A stretch of 64,000 nucleotides of DNA from Gemmatimonadota bacterium (GTDB lineage: Bacteria; Gemmatimonadota; Gemmatimonadetes; Longimicrobiales; Gaopeijiaceae): NCBI GenBank assembly GCA_034521595.1, contig JAXHMG010000001.1:1-64000 (forward strand). The letters run 5' to 3'. Both the position numbers and the translations under genes were made by a program. Below the pieces are notes generated by a model. The model was given only the letters and a program-made list of their open reading frames with translations. It had not been told where the DNA came from and ran no database searches. Below, in pieces: positions 31,133 through 41,211 of this stretch (positions within the stretch are counted from its first letter, which is position 1; the number at the start of each line of letters is the position of its first letter).

Positions 31133-32845
31133 TCAGGGTCCGGACGCCCGCACGGTATCCGCAGCGACCTCCGACTCCACCTCTTCCCGCGCCTGGCCCG
31201 CCGTATCCGCGGGCTCGCTGCGGGGACCGGACACCGAGTCCGGGAGCGCTTCGAGCGAGTCCCGCAAGGCCCGTGCGCGCGCTTCCTCGGCTTCGCGGGC
31301 GGCGCGCACCGAATCGATGACGGTCCGGCGGCGGGAGACGGGGTGGATCCCGCCGGCCACCCGCACCATCGGCTCCTTCTCGAAGCCACCGACGGGCTCG
31401 AGCGCCCCCTCTGTATAGCGGCTGCCCGGGTTCCAGAGCACCCATTCGTCGACGCCGGCGTCGTAGGTGGCCTCGATCTGCGCCCGCACTTCGGCCGCAT
31501 CGTACGAAGGCTCGCCCAGCGAGAAGTCCTGGAGGTACGGGCGCGTCACTCCGGCGCCCTCCACCGCGTTCGACCGACGCACCGCGTCCCGCACCGCTCG
31601 GTAGACGACTTCGTACGGATAGGCGTTCGGCGTCTCGATCCCGAAGCTGCCGCGCCAGTAGTGGCTCGGATAAACCATGGGAAGCGCCGCATCGACGACG
31701 TCGATGAACAATTCCCACACCTGGCCGATGCCCACGTCCCGTGAAGCCGACGTCGTGACCCCGAACACGTCCGCGGTCGACAGCACACCCACATCCGCGA
31801 GCTCGGAGCGTGCGTGCCGAAGGAACGCTCGGATGCCCTCGGCCTTCGTCCGTCCGTCCGCGCCGGCGAACACCGCGCGGGCGAGGTCGCCCCGGGGTGC
31901 GTCCGGGAAGCGGACATAGTCCCACTGGATCTCGGGGAAGCCCATCTCGGCCACTTCCCGCGCGAGGTCGACATGGTACTCCCACACCGTCGGGTCGAAC
32001 GGGTTCAGCCAGATAATCTCACTGCTGTCGACCCATACACCTCCGGCGGTGTCCTGCACCGCGAGGTCCGGACGCGCCTCGATGAGCAGCGGGTCCTTCA
32101 CGATCACGATCCGCGCGACCGGATAGATGCCCTCCTCCTCGAGCCGCTCCAGGAGGCCCGGCAGGTCCCGGATGCGGATCTCCTCGGTCGCACCGATCTC
32201 GTGCGCGAGAGACACCTCCGTGCGGTGGCTGACGTAGCCGCTCGCGTCCTTGATGTCGATGACGAAGGTGTTGACCTCGGTACGCTTGGCGAGATCGATG
32301 AGGGCATCCACCCGGTTGGACGAGCCCGCGGCCCACGCGTTCAGATAGAGCCCGCGCATGGCGTCCGGATACGGGAAGCGCTCGGTGCCCCACTCCTCGA
32401 CGCGCCGGCCGGGCTCCTCCGATCGGCTCGAGCCTTCGACATCGGACCGCGCCACCGCTTCCGAACCGTTGAAGCTCCCGTCGCCGGATGGGCCGGCGCT
32501 CGTGGATGGCTCGTCACCGACGGACGGATTCGCACCACCCGACCCTCCCCTGGCCGCCTCGCTGTCCGCCTCGCGGGGTCCGCCGGCACCGCTCACCGTC
32601 CCACCGGAGCGTTCCTCCGCCGCCGAGCCGTCTTCCACACCCGAGCTGTCGGCCTCGACTTCCCCATCGACCGCGACCCTGGACGAGGGCTCCGACTCTC
32701 CGTTGTTCGACTCTCCGAACGCAGGGGGGCCGGCCTCGCACGCGAGGCCGGCGAACAGGAACAACAGCGCGGCGGCGGTCCCGTTCCGGGGACGGACCGT
32801 CTCGGGTCGGGACCCGGAACCGAGAGGATGGGCCAGTCGGTGCAT
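31133..32845 (-). CDS. Putative glycoside hydrolase (DUF4015-like) with low-complexity linker
   Basis: RGLYLNAWAA, VIDIKD, EIQWDYVRFPD, PMVYPSHY, PYLQDF. Confidence 0.8.
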   Translation of the reverse strand: MHRLAHPLGSGSRPETVRPRNGTAAALLFLFAGLACEAGPPAFGESNNGESEPSSRVAVDGEVEADSSGVEDGSAAEERSGGTVSGAGGPREADSEAARGGSGGANPSVGDEPSTSAGPSGDGSFNGSEAVARSDVEGSSRSEEPGRRVEEWGTERFPYPDAMRGLYLNAWAAGSSNRVDALIDLAKRTEVNTFVIDIKDASGYVSHRTEVSLAHEIGATEEIRIRDLPGLLERLEEEGIYPVARIVIVKDPLLIEARPDLAVQDTAGGVWVDSSEIIWLNPFDPTVWEYHVDLAREVAEMGFPEIQWDYVRFPDAPRGDLARAVFAGADGRTKAEGIRAFLRHARSELADVGVLSTADVFGVTTSASRDVGIGQVWELFIDVVDAALPMVYPSHYWRGSFGIETPNAYPYEVVYRAVRDAVRRSNAVEGAGVTRPYLQDFSLGEPSYDAAEVRAQIEATYDAGVDEWVLWNPGSRYTEGALEPVGGFEKEPMVRVAGGIHPVSRRRTVIDSVRAAREAEEARARALRDSLEALPDSVSGPRSEPADTAGQAREEVESEVAADTVRASGP

Positions 32846-32877
32846 AGCGCGGCTCTTCGTCAATCGGGAAAGCGCGA

Positions 32878-33219
32878 TCAGTACGCGCGCAGGGAAGGGT
32901 CGACGTCCGTACGCCACTGGAGCACGCCGCCACGCAGATTGAATACCTGTTCGTACCCTTTCTCCATGAGAAGCTTGGCGGCCCACTCGCTGCGCCCGCC
33001 GCTCCGACAATACAGCACCACGTCCCGGTCGGCATCGATCTCCGAGGTACGCTCGACGAGCTCGCCGGTGGGGATGCGCAGCTGACCGTGATCGGGGAGG
33101 TCCGCGATGTCTCTCTCGAAGTGCTCGCGCACGTCCACGAGCAGAGGAGCGTCCCCGGCATCGAGGCGAGCTTTCAGCTCTTCGGGTGTGATTTCCGGGA
33201 CTTCGATGGGTTCGGTCAT
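32878..33219 (-). CDS. Rhodanese-like protein
   Basis: LVDVRE, LYCRSGGRS, NLRGGVLQW. Confidence 0.9.
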   Translation of the reverse strand: MTEPIEVPEITPEELKARLDAGDAPLLVDVREHFERDIADLPDHGQLRIPTGELVERTSEIDADRDVVLYCRSGGRSEWAAKLLMEKGYEQVFNLRGGVLQWRTDVDPSLRAY

Positions 33220-34526
33220 GGTCCGTCAAGGTGATCCATCAAGGAGGAGAGCTCGAGCGCCGTCCTTTGGGCGGCTCCACGGTGCTTTTCAATATACCCC
33301 CGGGCCTCGTCCGCCGCGTACCGTCTCGCGTCGGAGTCTTCCAGCCAGCGGGCGAGCGCATTCGCCGTTTCATCGCTGTCGGATACGACCACGGCGGCGC
33401 CCGCCTCCGCGAGCTCGGCCGCTGCCCTGGCGTTTCGGTGCCGTGGACCGAACACCACGGGGAGCCCCGCGGCGGCGGGTTCCAGCACCGAGTGGAGCCC
33501 GGCATCGTGGAAGCCGCCGCCGACGAATGCCAGATCACCCACGGCGTAGAGGTCCGCGAGCACTCCTACACGCTCGACGATGATGGCGTTCACTCCGCCG
33601 ACGATTCCGTCCGCTTCGACGTGGGCGAGTGTGCTCGGATGCCAACCTCGCTCCATGAACGCGCCGATGAGCGAGCCCACACGATCTTCGGTCGGCTCGT
33701 GCGGCGCCAGGACCACGCGGAGGCTCGGCAACCTCTCGCGGAGGGCATGGAGCGCAGGCATGAGGACGGCCTCGTCCGCGGGCCAGGTCGATCCGGCGAC
33801 CACCGTGGGCTTCGGATCGACGAGGAACGGAGCCAGATGGCCGGCCTCCGAGTCCGTGGCCCCGGCTCGCTCGGCGGACGCATCGATGCCTGGGTCTCCG
33901 GTCACCTCGATCGCCGACGGCGGCACGCCGAGATCGCGGAGCCGGCCGGCGTCGTCGTCCGAGCAGGCAAAGGCGCCCGACAGGGACTTCCACGTGCGTT
34001 CCAGCACGGAGCGCGCGGGCCACCTCAACCGCCCGGCCTCCGGAGGAACGGTTCCGGCCGCCAACACGACGGGAACCGCCCGCGCATGTGCGGCCGCGGC
34101 GAGCACGGGCCACACTTCCGTCTTGGTGAACACGAGCAGATCCGGGCGCACCGCGTCCAGCACCGGCCCGAGGAGCGGCTCCTGGTCCCAGGGGAGGTAG
34201 CCCGCGAAATCCGCACCGAACCGTTCGCCGAGCGGCTCCGCGGACGGCGAGAAGTAGGTGTACACCACCTGGAGGTTCGGATGGAGCGTGCGCAAGGCCT
34301 CCATGACCGCACGCGCCTGGAGTCCTTCACCGACGCTCGGCGCGTGAAACCAGGCCAGCGGCGCCTCGGGCCTCCGTCCGGCGTCGGCCCACCGCCGGAG
34401 CAGGTGGTGGGCGTCGCGCCGACCCGCCATCCCCCGCCCCAACTTGGAGTGGGTTCGCGCGAGCACGGGCGCCACCGCACGGGCGGCGGCCACCGCGAGT
34501 CTGTAGGGGGTCGGCACGGAATTCAT
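33216..34526 (-). CDS. waaA: 3-deoxy-D-manno-octulosonic acid (Kdo) transferase
   Basis: WFHAPSVGE, AGSTW, FVGGGF..HSVLEPAA. Confidence 0.85.
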   Translation of the reverse strand: MNSVPTPYRLAVAAARAVAPVLARTHSKLGRGMAGRRDAHHLLRRWADAGRRPEAPLAWFHAPSVGEGLQARAVMEALRTLHPNLQVVYTYFSPSAEPLGERFGADFAGYLPWDQEPLLGPVLDAVRPDLLVFTKTEVWPVLAAAAHARAVPVVLAAGTVPPEAGRLRWPARSVLERTWKSLSGAFACSDDDAGRLRDLGVPPSAIEVTGDPGIDASAERAGATDSEAGHLAPFLVDPKPTVVAGSTWPADEAVLMPALHALRERLPSLRVVLAPHEPTEDRVGSLIGAFMERGWHPSTLAHVEADGIVGGVNAIIVERVGVLADLYAVGDLAFVGGGFHDAGLHSVLEPAAAGLPVVFGPRHRNARAAAELAEAGAAVVVSDSDETANALARWLEDSDARRYAADEARGYIEKHRGAAQRTALELSSLMDHLDGP

Positions 34527-34573
34527 GGCACCCGAGGATAGGTACAGCGGAGCGCTGTCGGTAGATTGAGGGC

Positions 34574-34765
34574 ATGAATTTCAGCATCACGGTACGGTAT
34601 GGAGATCGCGCGCACCGCTATCACACCTTCGAGGTCGCGGCCGAAGACGCCCGCGCCGCGCTCGTGGCCGCCGCCAAGGAGATCCCCGACGAGATCGCGC
34701 CCCTGGCGGACCTCGTGGAGCTCCGCGTCTCGGTCGACCCGGAAGAGCGGAACTACCTCGAGTAG
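34574..34765 (+). CDS. Small hypothetical protein
   Basis: ATG with GAGGG RBS; GC3-biased codons; 63 aa. Confidence 0.6.
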   Translation: MNFSITVRYGDRAHRYHTFEVAAEDARAALVAAAKEIPDEIAPLADLVELRVSVDPEERNYLE

Positions 34766-34795
34766 CGTGCGGACGGCGCGGAAGGCGAAAGCGAC

Positions 34796-35872
34796 GTGCG
34801 TCGCCGACTGATCCTGGCCCTGGGAGGGCTCGCGCTCGTCGCGAGCTGCGTGGCCTGCTCGCCGGTCTACGTGATCAAGGCGGGGCTCGCCGAGATGCGG
34901 ATCCTCCGCGCGCGCCAGCCCATCCACCGGGTCCTCAACGACAGCACGACGGACCCGGAGGTCAGAGGAAAGCTGGCCTATGTGCTCGAGGCACGCCGGT
35001 TCGCGGCCGAACGGCTGGGCATCGATGTCGGGGACTCCTACACCATGTACACCGAGCTCGACAGCGACACGCTGGCGTTGGTCCTCTCCGCGGCGCAGCG
35101 CGACCGCCTTCGGGCGAAGACGTGGTGGTTCCCGATCGTCGGCCGCGTCCCCTACAAGGGTTTCTTCTCCGAAGCGGACGCGCGCAGCGAGATGGCCTCG
35201 CTCGAAGCGGAGGGGTACGACACGTACCTCCGCCCCACCGCCGCATTCAGCACTCTCGGGTGGTTCAACGACCCCATCCTCTCGTCGGTGTTGCGCGCGG
35301 ATGACGTCGAAGTGGTCGAAACCGTCCTTCACGAGCTCGCGCACCAACACCTCTTCGTGCCGGGCCGCGTCGGGTTCAACGAGAGCTTCGCGACGTTCGT
35401 GGGACGGGTCGCGGCGGCCCGTTTTTTTTGCACGCGGGAGGGTGGCGGGTCCGACACGGTGCGGTGTCACCGCGCCGAAGCCCGTTGGCGCGACTACCAG
35501 CGGTTCAGCGTGTTCATCGACGGCATGGTCGAGGAGCTCGAGGCAATCTACGAAAGCCCGGACCTCGAGACCGCCGAGAAGGTGGAGCGGCGAGAGAACG
35601 TCTTCTCGCGAGCGCTCCGTCGGTTCGACGAAGAAGTCCAACCTTCGTTCGAGCAGCTCACGTTCCAGGGGTTCCGCGACACGCCGCTCAACAACGCCAC
35701 CCTGCTCGCGCGCATCCGGTATTTCCATCGGCTGCCCGACTTCGCCGCCTACCTGGACGATCGGGAGGGCGACCTTGCCCGCGCGCTCCGCGACCTGAAA
35801 GCCGGTGTCGAAACAGCAGACGACCCGTTCGAGCTCCTTCCGACGGGCTCCGGGGAACTCTCCGCGTTCTGA
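34796..35872 (+). CDS. Putative zinc aminopeptidase lipoprotein
   Basis: WWFPIVGRVPYKGFF, AFSTLGWFNDP, HELAH, FNESFA. Confidence 0.85.
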   Translation: MRRRLILALGGLALVASCVACSPVYVIKAGLAEMRILRARQPIHRVLNDSTTDPEVRGKLAYVLEARRFAAERLGIDVGDSYTMYTELDSDTLALVLSAAQRDRLRAKTWWFPIVGRVPYKGFFSEADARSEMASLEAEGYDTYLRPTAAFSTLGWFNDPILSSVLRADDVEVVETVLHELAHQHLFVPGRVGFNESFATFVGRVAAARFFCTREGGGSDTVRCHRAEARWRDYQRFSVFIDGMVEELEAIYESPDLETAEKVERRENVFSRALRRFDEEVQPSFEQLTFQGFRDTPLNNATLLARIRYFHRLPDFAAYLDDREGDLARALRDLKAGVETADDPFELLPTGSGELSAF

Positions 35873-35947
35873 TCGTGTCAGGGCCCGTGAGGGGACACGA
35901 CCCGAGCGCGTGACCCCACCGACACACTCGAGCGAGGAGGACATCCG

Positions 35948-36763
35948 ATGACATCCCCTTCCCCTGAGCCGGATACGAACGCCGCGCCCGCTTCGGTGCC
36001 CGACGTCGACCTCGACACTCTCCGCTGCGCGATTCAGGAGGAGTACGAAGCCGTGGCCGCCAACCCGGACCAGGGCTTTCACTTCCACACAGGGCGCCCG
36101 CTCGCGAGGATCCTCGAATATCAGGAGTCCTGGATGGACGGGATTCCCGAGCCCGCCATCGAGTCGTTCGCGGGGACCGGTAATCCGTTCAGCCTCGGCT
36201 CGCTCGAGCCGGGTGAGCGGGTGGTCGATATCGGGTGCGGCGCGGGCATCGATTCGCTCATCGCGGCCAAGATGGTCGGCACCTCGGGAGAGACGGTCGG
36301 TGTCGACATGACCCCGGCGATGCTCTCCAAGGCACGCGACTCGGCCGAGCGGATGGGCCTCGGAAACGTGCGGTTCCGTGAAGGCTTCGGCGAGGAGCTG
36401 CCCGTCGAGGACGGCTGGGCGGACGTCATCATCTCGAACGGCGTGCTGAATCTGATGCCCGACAAGCCCGCCGCCCTTCGGGAGATGGCGCGCGCGCTGC
36501 GGCCCGGTGGGCGCCTGCAGATCGCGGACATCGCCGTCCGCAAGCCGGTCTCCGAGGGCGCGAAGCGAAAGATCGAGCTCTGGACCGGGTGAATCGCGGG
36601 AGCTCTTCTCGAGGAAGAGCTCCAGGCCACGGTCGTGGCCAACGGGTTCACCGATTTCGAGATCACCTGGAGGAAAGACGTCTTCTCCGGCGCCCCTCAG
36701 CAGTCGAGCGCGGAGAAGTTCGGCACGCTCGGAATCAACTTCAGGGCGCGCAGAGCCGGCTGA
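35948..36763 (+). CDS. ArsM-like SAM-dependent methyltransferase, probable selenoprotein (UGA at 36590-36592)
   Basis: VDIGCGAGID, ISNGVLNL; frame continues WTG-UGA-IAGALLEEEL for 56 more codons; hairpin follows the UGA. Confidence 0.82.
36599..36623 (+). other. Candidate bacterial SECIS hairpin
   Basis: GGAGCTCTTC-TCGAG-GAAGAGCTCC, a perfect 10-bp stem starting 6 nt after the UGA. Confidence 0.65.
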
Positions 36764-36782
36764 GCCTTCACTCGGGTGCCGG

Positions 36783-38531
36783 TCAGATCCGGGCCTGGAC
36801 CGTGTACAGCTCGTGGTAACGGCCCCGCCGTGCCATGAGCTCGTCGTGACGTCCCCATTCGACGATGCGGCCGTCTTCCACCACGAGGATGAGGTCCGCC
36901 CGCTGAATCGTGGACAGCCGGTGCGCGATGACCAGCGTGGTCCGGCCCTTGAGCAGCGATCCCAGGCTCTTCTGGATCAACGATTCGCTCTCGGTGTCGA
37001 GGCTCGACGTCGCCTCGTCCAGGAGCAGGATGCGAGGATCGGCGAGGATGGCCCGTCCGATCGTCACGCGCTGGCGCTGGCCACCGGAAAGCTTGACGCC
37101 ACGCTCCCCGATGAGGGTGTCCAACCCGTCCGCGAACCGGTCCGTGAACTCGGTCACGTACGCCATGCTCGCCGCGTCCTCGACCTCGGCGTCGGTGGCG
37201 GTGGGCCGGGCGAACCGGAGGTTCTCGCGGATCGTGCCGTCGAACAGGAAGTCGTCCTGGAAGACCAGGCCGAGCTGCTCCCGGTAGGACGCCAGGCTCA
37301 CCCGGCGGAGGTCCACGCCGTCCACGAGCACCCGGCCCTCGATCGGCTCGAGGAAGGACGCGGCCAGCCCCGCGATGGTCGATTTGCCCGAGCCCGAGCT
37401 TCCCACGAGGGCCACGACGGAGCCCGGATCGGCCTCGAACGAGATGCCGTGCAGCACGGGCTTGCCCGGCTCGTAGGCGAAGTGGACGTCCTCGAACCGG
37501 AGGTGTCCTTCGACGCGCGGCATCGTCTCGGTCCGGAGCGGATCGTCGTCCTCCTGAGGCCAGCCGAGCAGCTCCGCGGTCCGATCGAGCCCGGCGAACG
37601 CCTCCGTCATCTGCGTTCCGATGTTCGAGATCTGGACCACGGGAGCGATCAGGAAGCCCAGGAACAGCGTGAACGAGAAGAGCTCGCCCAGCGTGAGCTG
37701 ATCGAGGAGGACGAGCCGGCCACCGTATCCCATGATCAGCACGCTCGCGAGCCCCATGAAGAACGTCCCCAGGCTCGTCACCGCGCTCGACGTCTTCAGG
37801 GTGGTCTTCACGTTGTCGAAGATCCGCAGCACCCCCTCGTAGAAGACCTCGGCTTCCTTCTCGAGCGCGTGGAATCCCTTGATCACCCGGATGCCGCCGA
37901 GCGCCTCGGTCAGACGTCCCGTCACGTCCGCGCGGATCTTGCCACGCTCCCGGAAGGCGGGACGGAGGGTGCTGAACGCCTTGGACGACACCCAACCGAA
38001 CGCGAGCAGCGGGAAGATCGCGAGGATGGTCATGATCGGGTCGATGTTGATGAGGAAGCCGAGCGCGACGACCGCGGTCACGCCCCCTCCGACGAGCTGC
38101 ACGAGGCCCGTGCCCACCAGATTCCGCACGCCCTCCACGTCGTCCATGATTCGCGACACCAGCTCTCCGGACTTCGTATTATCGAAGACCCGAACCGGAA
38201 GCCCGAGGACGTGCTGCTGCACCTGCGCACGCAGGTTCGCGATGAGATGCTGGGCCTCGACGCTCAACAGCATGGTCAGCGCGTACGAGGTCGCCGCCTG
38301 GACGGTCACCGCCAGCGCCACCAGACCGAGCAGTTGGTAGAGCAACGCGCCGTCGCCACCGGCGATCACGTCGTCGACCAGATATTTCGTCGAAGCCGGG
38401 AGCACGAGCCCGCTCAAGCGGTTCGCCAGGATGAGCACCAGGCCGAGGAAGACGAGCTTCCTCCTCGGCCAGATGATCTCGTGAAATGCGTGCCGGAGGC
38501 TGGCCCCGGAGATCTTCTTCTTCTCTGACAT
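36783..38531 (-). CDS. ABC exporter, fused permease/ATPase
   Basis: GSSGSGKS, LSGGQRQ, LLLDEATS. Confidence 0.93.
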   Translation of the reverse strand: MSEKKKISGASLRHAFHEIIWPRRKLVFLGLVLILANRLSGLVLPASTKYLVDDVIAGGDGALLYQLLGLVALAVTVQAATSYALTMLLSVEAQHLIANLRAQVQQHVLGLPVRVFDNTKSGELVSRIMDDVEGVRNLVGTGLVQLVGGGVTAVVALGFLINIDPIMTILAIFPLLAFGWVSSKAFSTLRPAFRERGKIRADVTGRLTEALGGIRVIKGFHALEKEAEVFYEGVLRIFDNVKTTLKTSSAVTSLGTFFMGLASVLIMGYGGRLVLLDQLTLGELFSFTLFLGFLIAPVVQISNIGTQMTEAFAGLDRTAELLGWPQEDDDPLRTETMPRVEGHLRFEDVHFAYEPGKPVLHGISFEADPGSVVALVGSSGSGKSTIAGLAASFLEPIEGRVLVDGVDLRRVSLASYREQLGLVFQDDFLFDGTIRENLRFARPTATDAEVEDAASMAYVTEFTDRFADGLDTLIGERGVKLSGGQRQRVTIGRAILADPRILLLDEATSSLDTESESLIQKSLGSLLKGRTTLVIAHRLSTIQRADLILVVEDGRIVEWGRHDELMARRGRYHELYTVQARI

Positions 38532-38754
38532 CGACTTGGAAACAGGGAGCGGATGGGGCCAAGGCGGGACACATACCCGCCAGCCGCAAGATCGGTGCCC
38601 TCGGGGTGCCGTCCGGGAATCGGCCGGACGGTCGGGACTCGCACCCTTGGGTACCTCGCCCGTGCCGTATAGGTTAGCGGTTCTTTGCGAGAACCCGATG
38701 GCCCTCCCACTGCCGATCGGGTCTCCCGCTATTCAGGGAAGTCCCCGTCGAGCC

Positions 38755-41211
38755 ATGGCCAACCAGGAACAGGACGGCTACCAGCCGTCCACGATCGAAG
38801 AGAAGTGGCAACGCCGCTGGGAGGAACGCGGAACCAACGCGTTCACCACGGATGAGCTCCGCTCCGCCGACCAGCCCTTCTACAACCTCATGATGTTCCC
38901 CTACCCCTCCGCGGAGGGGCTGCACGTGGGCAACATCTACGCGTTCACGGGCGCGGACGTTTACGGGCGATACCAGCGGCTCCGGGGCCGGACGGTGTTC
39001 GAGCCGATCGGCTTCGACGCCTTCGGGATCCACTCGGAAAACTTCGCGCTCAAGGTCGGCACGCATCCGATGGACCTGATTCCATCGAACGTGGCGAACT
39101 TCACTCGCCAGCTTCGCCGTATCGGCGGGATGTTCGACTGGACCCACACCGTCGACACCACCGACCCGGCCTACTACGAGTGGACGCAGTGGATCTTCCT
39201 TCAGCTCTACGAAGCGGGCCTCGCTGAACGCAAAGAAGCACCGGTCAACTGGTGCCCGTCGTGCATGACGGTCCTCGCCAACGAGCAAGTCGGGGCCGGC
39301 GCGTGCGAGCGCTGTGGCACGCCGGTCGAGCAACGCCGCATCGCACAGTGGTTCTTCAAGATCACCGAATACGCGGAGCGGCTTCTCGACAACCTCGAGG
39401 AGCTCGACTGGTCCGAGACGACCCGCAAGGCACAGGCCAACTGGATCGGACGGAGCGAGGGCGCGCAGCTCCACTTCCCCGTGCTCGACGAACAGGGCGC
39501 GAACACGGACGATACGGTCGAGGTATACACGACCCGCCCCGACACGATCTTCGGCGCCACCTACATGGTCCTCGCTCCGGAGCACCCGCTGGTCGATGCC
39601 GTGACGCGCGCCGGACAAGCCGGAGCCGTCGACGCGTACCGGGTGCAGGCACGGAAGAAGGACCTGGTCGCCCGTCAGAAGGACGACCGAACCAAGACCG
39701 GCGTCTTCACGGGCGGCTACTGTCGCAACCCCGCCACCGGACGAGCCGTGCCGGTCTGGGTGGCCGACTACGTGCTCATGGACTACGGGACCGGAGCCAT
39801 CATGGCCGTTCCGGGCCATGACGAGCGCGACTTCGAGTTCGCACGGACCTTCGACCTCCCCATCGTGCGCGTCGTCGCCGGCCCGGACGAGAACGCGGAC
39901 ACGCCGCTCGAAGAGGCGTACGTCGGCCCCGGGCGACTGGTGAACTCCGGGGAGCTCGACGGCACGGACGTGTCCGAGTCGGTGTCCGTGGCGACCGAGT
40001 GGGCCGCGAAGCAGGGATGGGCCGAGGCGCGCGTGCAGTACCGCCTACACGACTGGTGCATCTCCCGCCAGCGCTATTGGGGACCGCCGATCCCGATCGT
40101 GCATTGCCCTTCGTGCGGTGCCGTGCCCGTCCCCGAGGACGAGCTACCGGTCGTGCTGCCGAGAGTCGAGGACTTCAAGCCGGACGACACCGGCGTCAGC
40201 CCGATGGCCCGCGTGGAGTCGTGGTACGAGACCTCCTGTCCCGCCTGCGGAGGCGACGCTCGCCGCGAGACCGACGTCTCCGACACCTTCCTCGACTCGA
40301 GCTGGTACTTCCTCCGGTACCCGTCGACCGACTTCGACGACCGACCGTTCGACCCGGAGATCACGAAGCAGTGGCTGCCGGTGGACACCTACATCGGCGG
40401 CAACGAGCACGCGGTGCTCCACCTCATGTACGCCCGCTTCATCACGATGGTGTTGAAGGACCTCGGACACATCGATTTCGAGGAGCCGTTCACCCAGTTC
40501 CGCGCCCATGGGCTGATCATCGCCGAGGGCGCGAAGATGTCGAAGAGCAAGGGCAACGTGATCGTGCCGGATCCGATCATCGAGGAGTACGGAGCCGACA
40601 CGTTCCGCACGTACCTGATGTTCCTCGGCCCGTTCGAAGAGGGCGGAGACTATCGCGCCGAGGGCATCCAGGGACCGCACGGCTTCCTGCACCGCATGTG
40701 GGACACGGCCGTCTCCGCGGATCCGAGCGCCCCTCCCGACCCGGAGGTCGAGCGCAAGGTCCATCAGACGATCAAGCAGGTCTCGGAGCAAATCCCGGAG
40801 CTGGGATACAACACCGCGATCGCCGCGCTCATGGAGTGCCTGAACTCCGTGCGCGCCGGCGGCCGCACCGCCGCGCGCGCCGAGGTCGAGCCCCTCGTGG
40901 TCATGGTCGCGCCCTTCGCGCCCCACATGGCCGAGGAGCTCTGGGAGCAGCTCGGACACGAGGAGAGCATCTTCGACGGCGCCCACTGGCCGAGCTACGA
41001 CGACGCCAAGCTCGCCGAGGACACCGTCACGGTGGCGGTGCAGGTGAACGGCAAGCTACGCGGCTCCATCGACGTGCCGAAGGACGCTCCGGAGCCCGAC
41101 GTCGTCGCGGCGGCCCGCGGTGACGAGAACGTGGCGCGCCATCTGGAAGGGGCAGCCGAGCGGCGCGTGATCTACGTGAAAGAACGTCTCATAAACTTCG
41201 TGGTGGAATGA
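38755..41211 (+). CDS. leuS: Leucine--tRNA ligase
   Basis: MFPYPSAEGLHVGN, TTRPDT editing domain, DWCISRQRYWG, KMSKSKGN. Confidence 0.97.
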   Translation: MANQEQDGYQPSTIEEKWQRRWEERGTNAFTTDELRSADQPFYNLMMFPYPSAEGLHVGNIYAFTGADVYGRYQRLRGRTVFEPIGFDAFGIHSENFALKVGTHPMDLIPSNVANFTRQLRRIGGMFDWTHTVDTTDPAYYEWTQWIFLQLYEAGLAERKEAPVNWCPSCMTVLANEQVGAGACERCGTPVEQRRIAQWFFKITEYAERLLDNLEELDWSETTRKAQANWIGRSEGAQLHFPVLDEQGANTDDTVEVYTTRPDTIFGATYMVLAPEHPLVDAVTRAGQAGAVDAYRVQARKKDLVARQKDDRTKTGVFTGGYCRNPATGRAVPVWVADYVLMDYGTGAIMAVPGHDERDFEFARTFDLPIVRVVAGPDENADTPLEEAYVGPGRLVNSGELDGTDVSESVSVATEWAAKQGWAEARVQYRLHDWCISRQRYWGPPIPIVHCPSCGAVPVPEDELPVVLPRVEDFKPDDTGVSPMARVESWYETSCPACGGDARRETDVSDTFLDSSWYFLRYPSTDFDDRPFDPEITKQWLPVDTYIGGNEHAVLHLMYARFITMVLKDLGHIDFEEPFTQFRAHGLIIAEGAKMSKSKGNVIVPDPIIEEYGADTFRTYLMFLGPFEEGGDYRAEGIQGPHGFLHRMWDTAVSADPSAPPDPEVERKVHQTIKQVSEQIPELGYNTAIAALMECLNSVRAGGRTAARAEVEPLVVMVAPFAPHMAEELWEQLGHEESIFDGAHWPSYDDAKLAEDTVTVAVQVNGKLRGSIDVPKDAPEPDVVAAARGDENVARHLEGAAERRVIYVKERLINFVVE

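Noticed and set aside
36589-36819. Separate small ORF after the methyltransferase
   Set aside because: Wrong frame; the in-frame read-through after the UGA gives the plausible C-terminus
29033-38528. Long antisense ORFs (29033-31009, 31814-33085, 33231-34541, 34523-36088, 36507-38528)
   Set aside because: Typical high-GC shadow ORFs opposite well-supported genes
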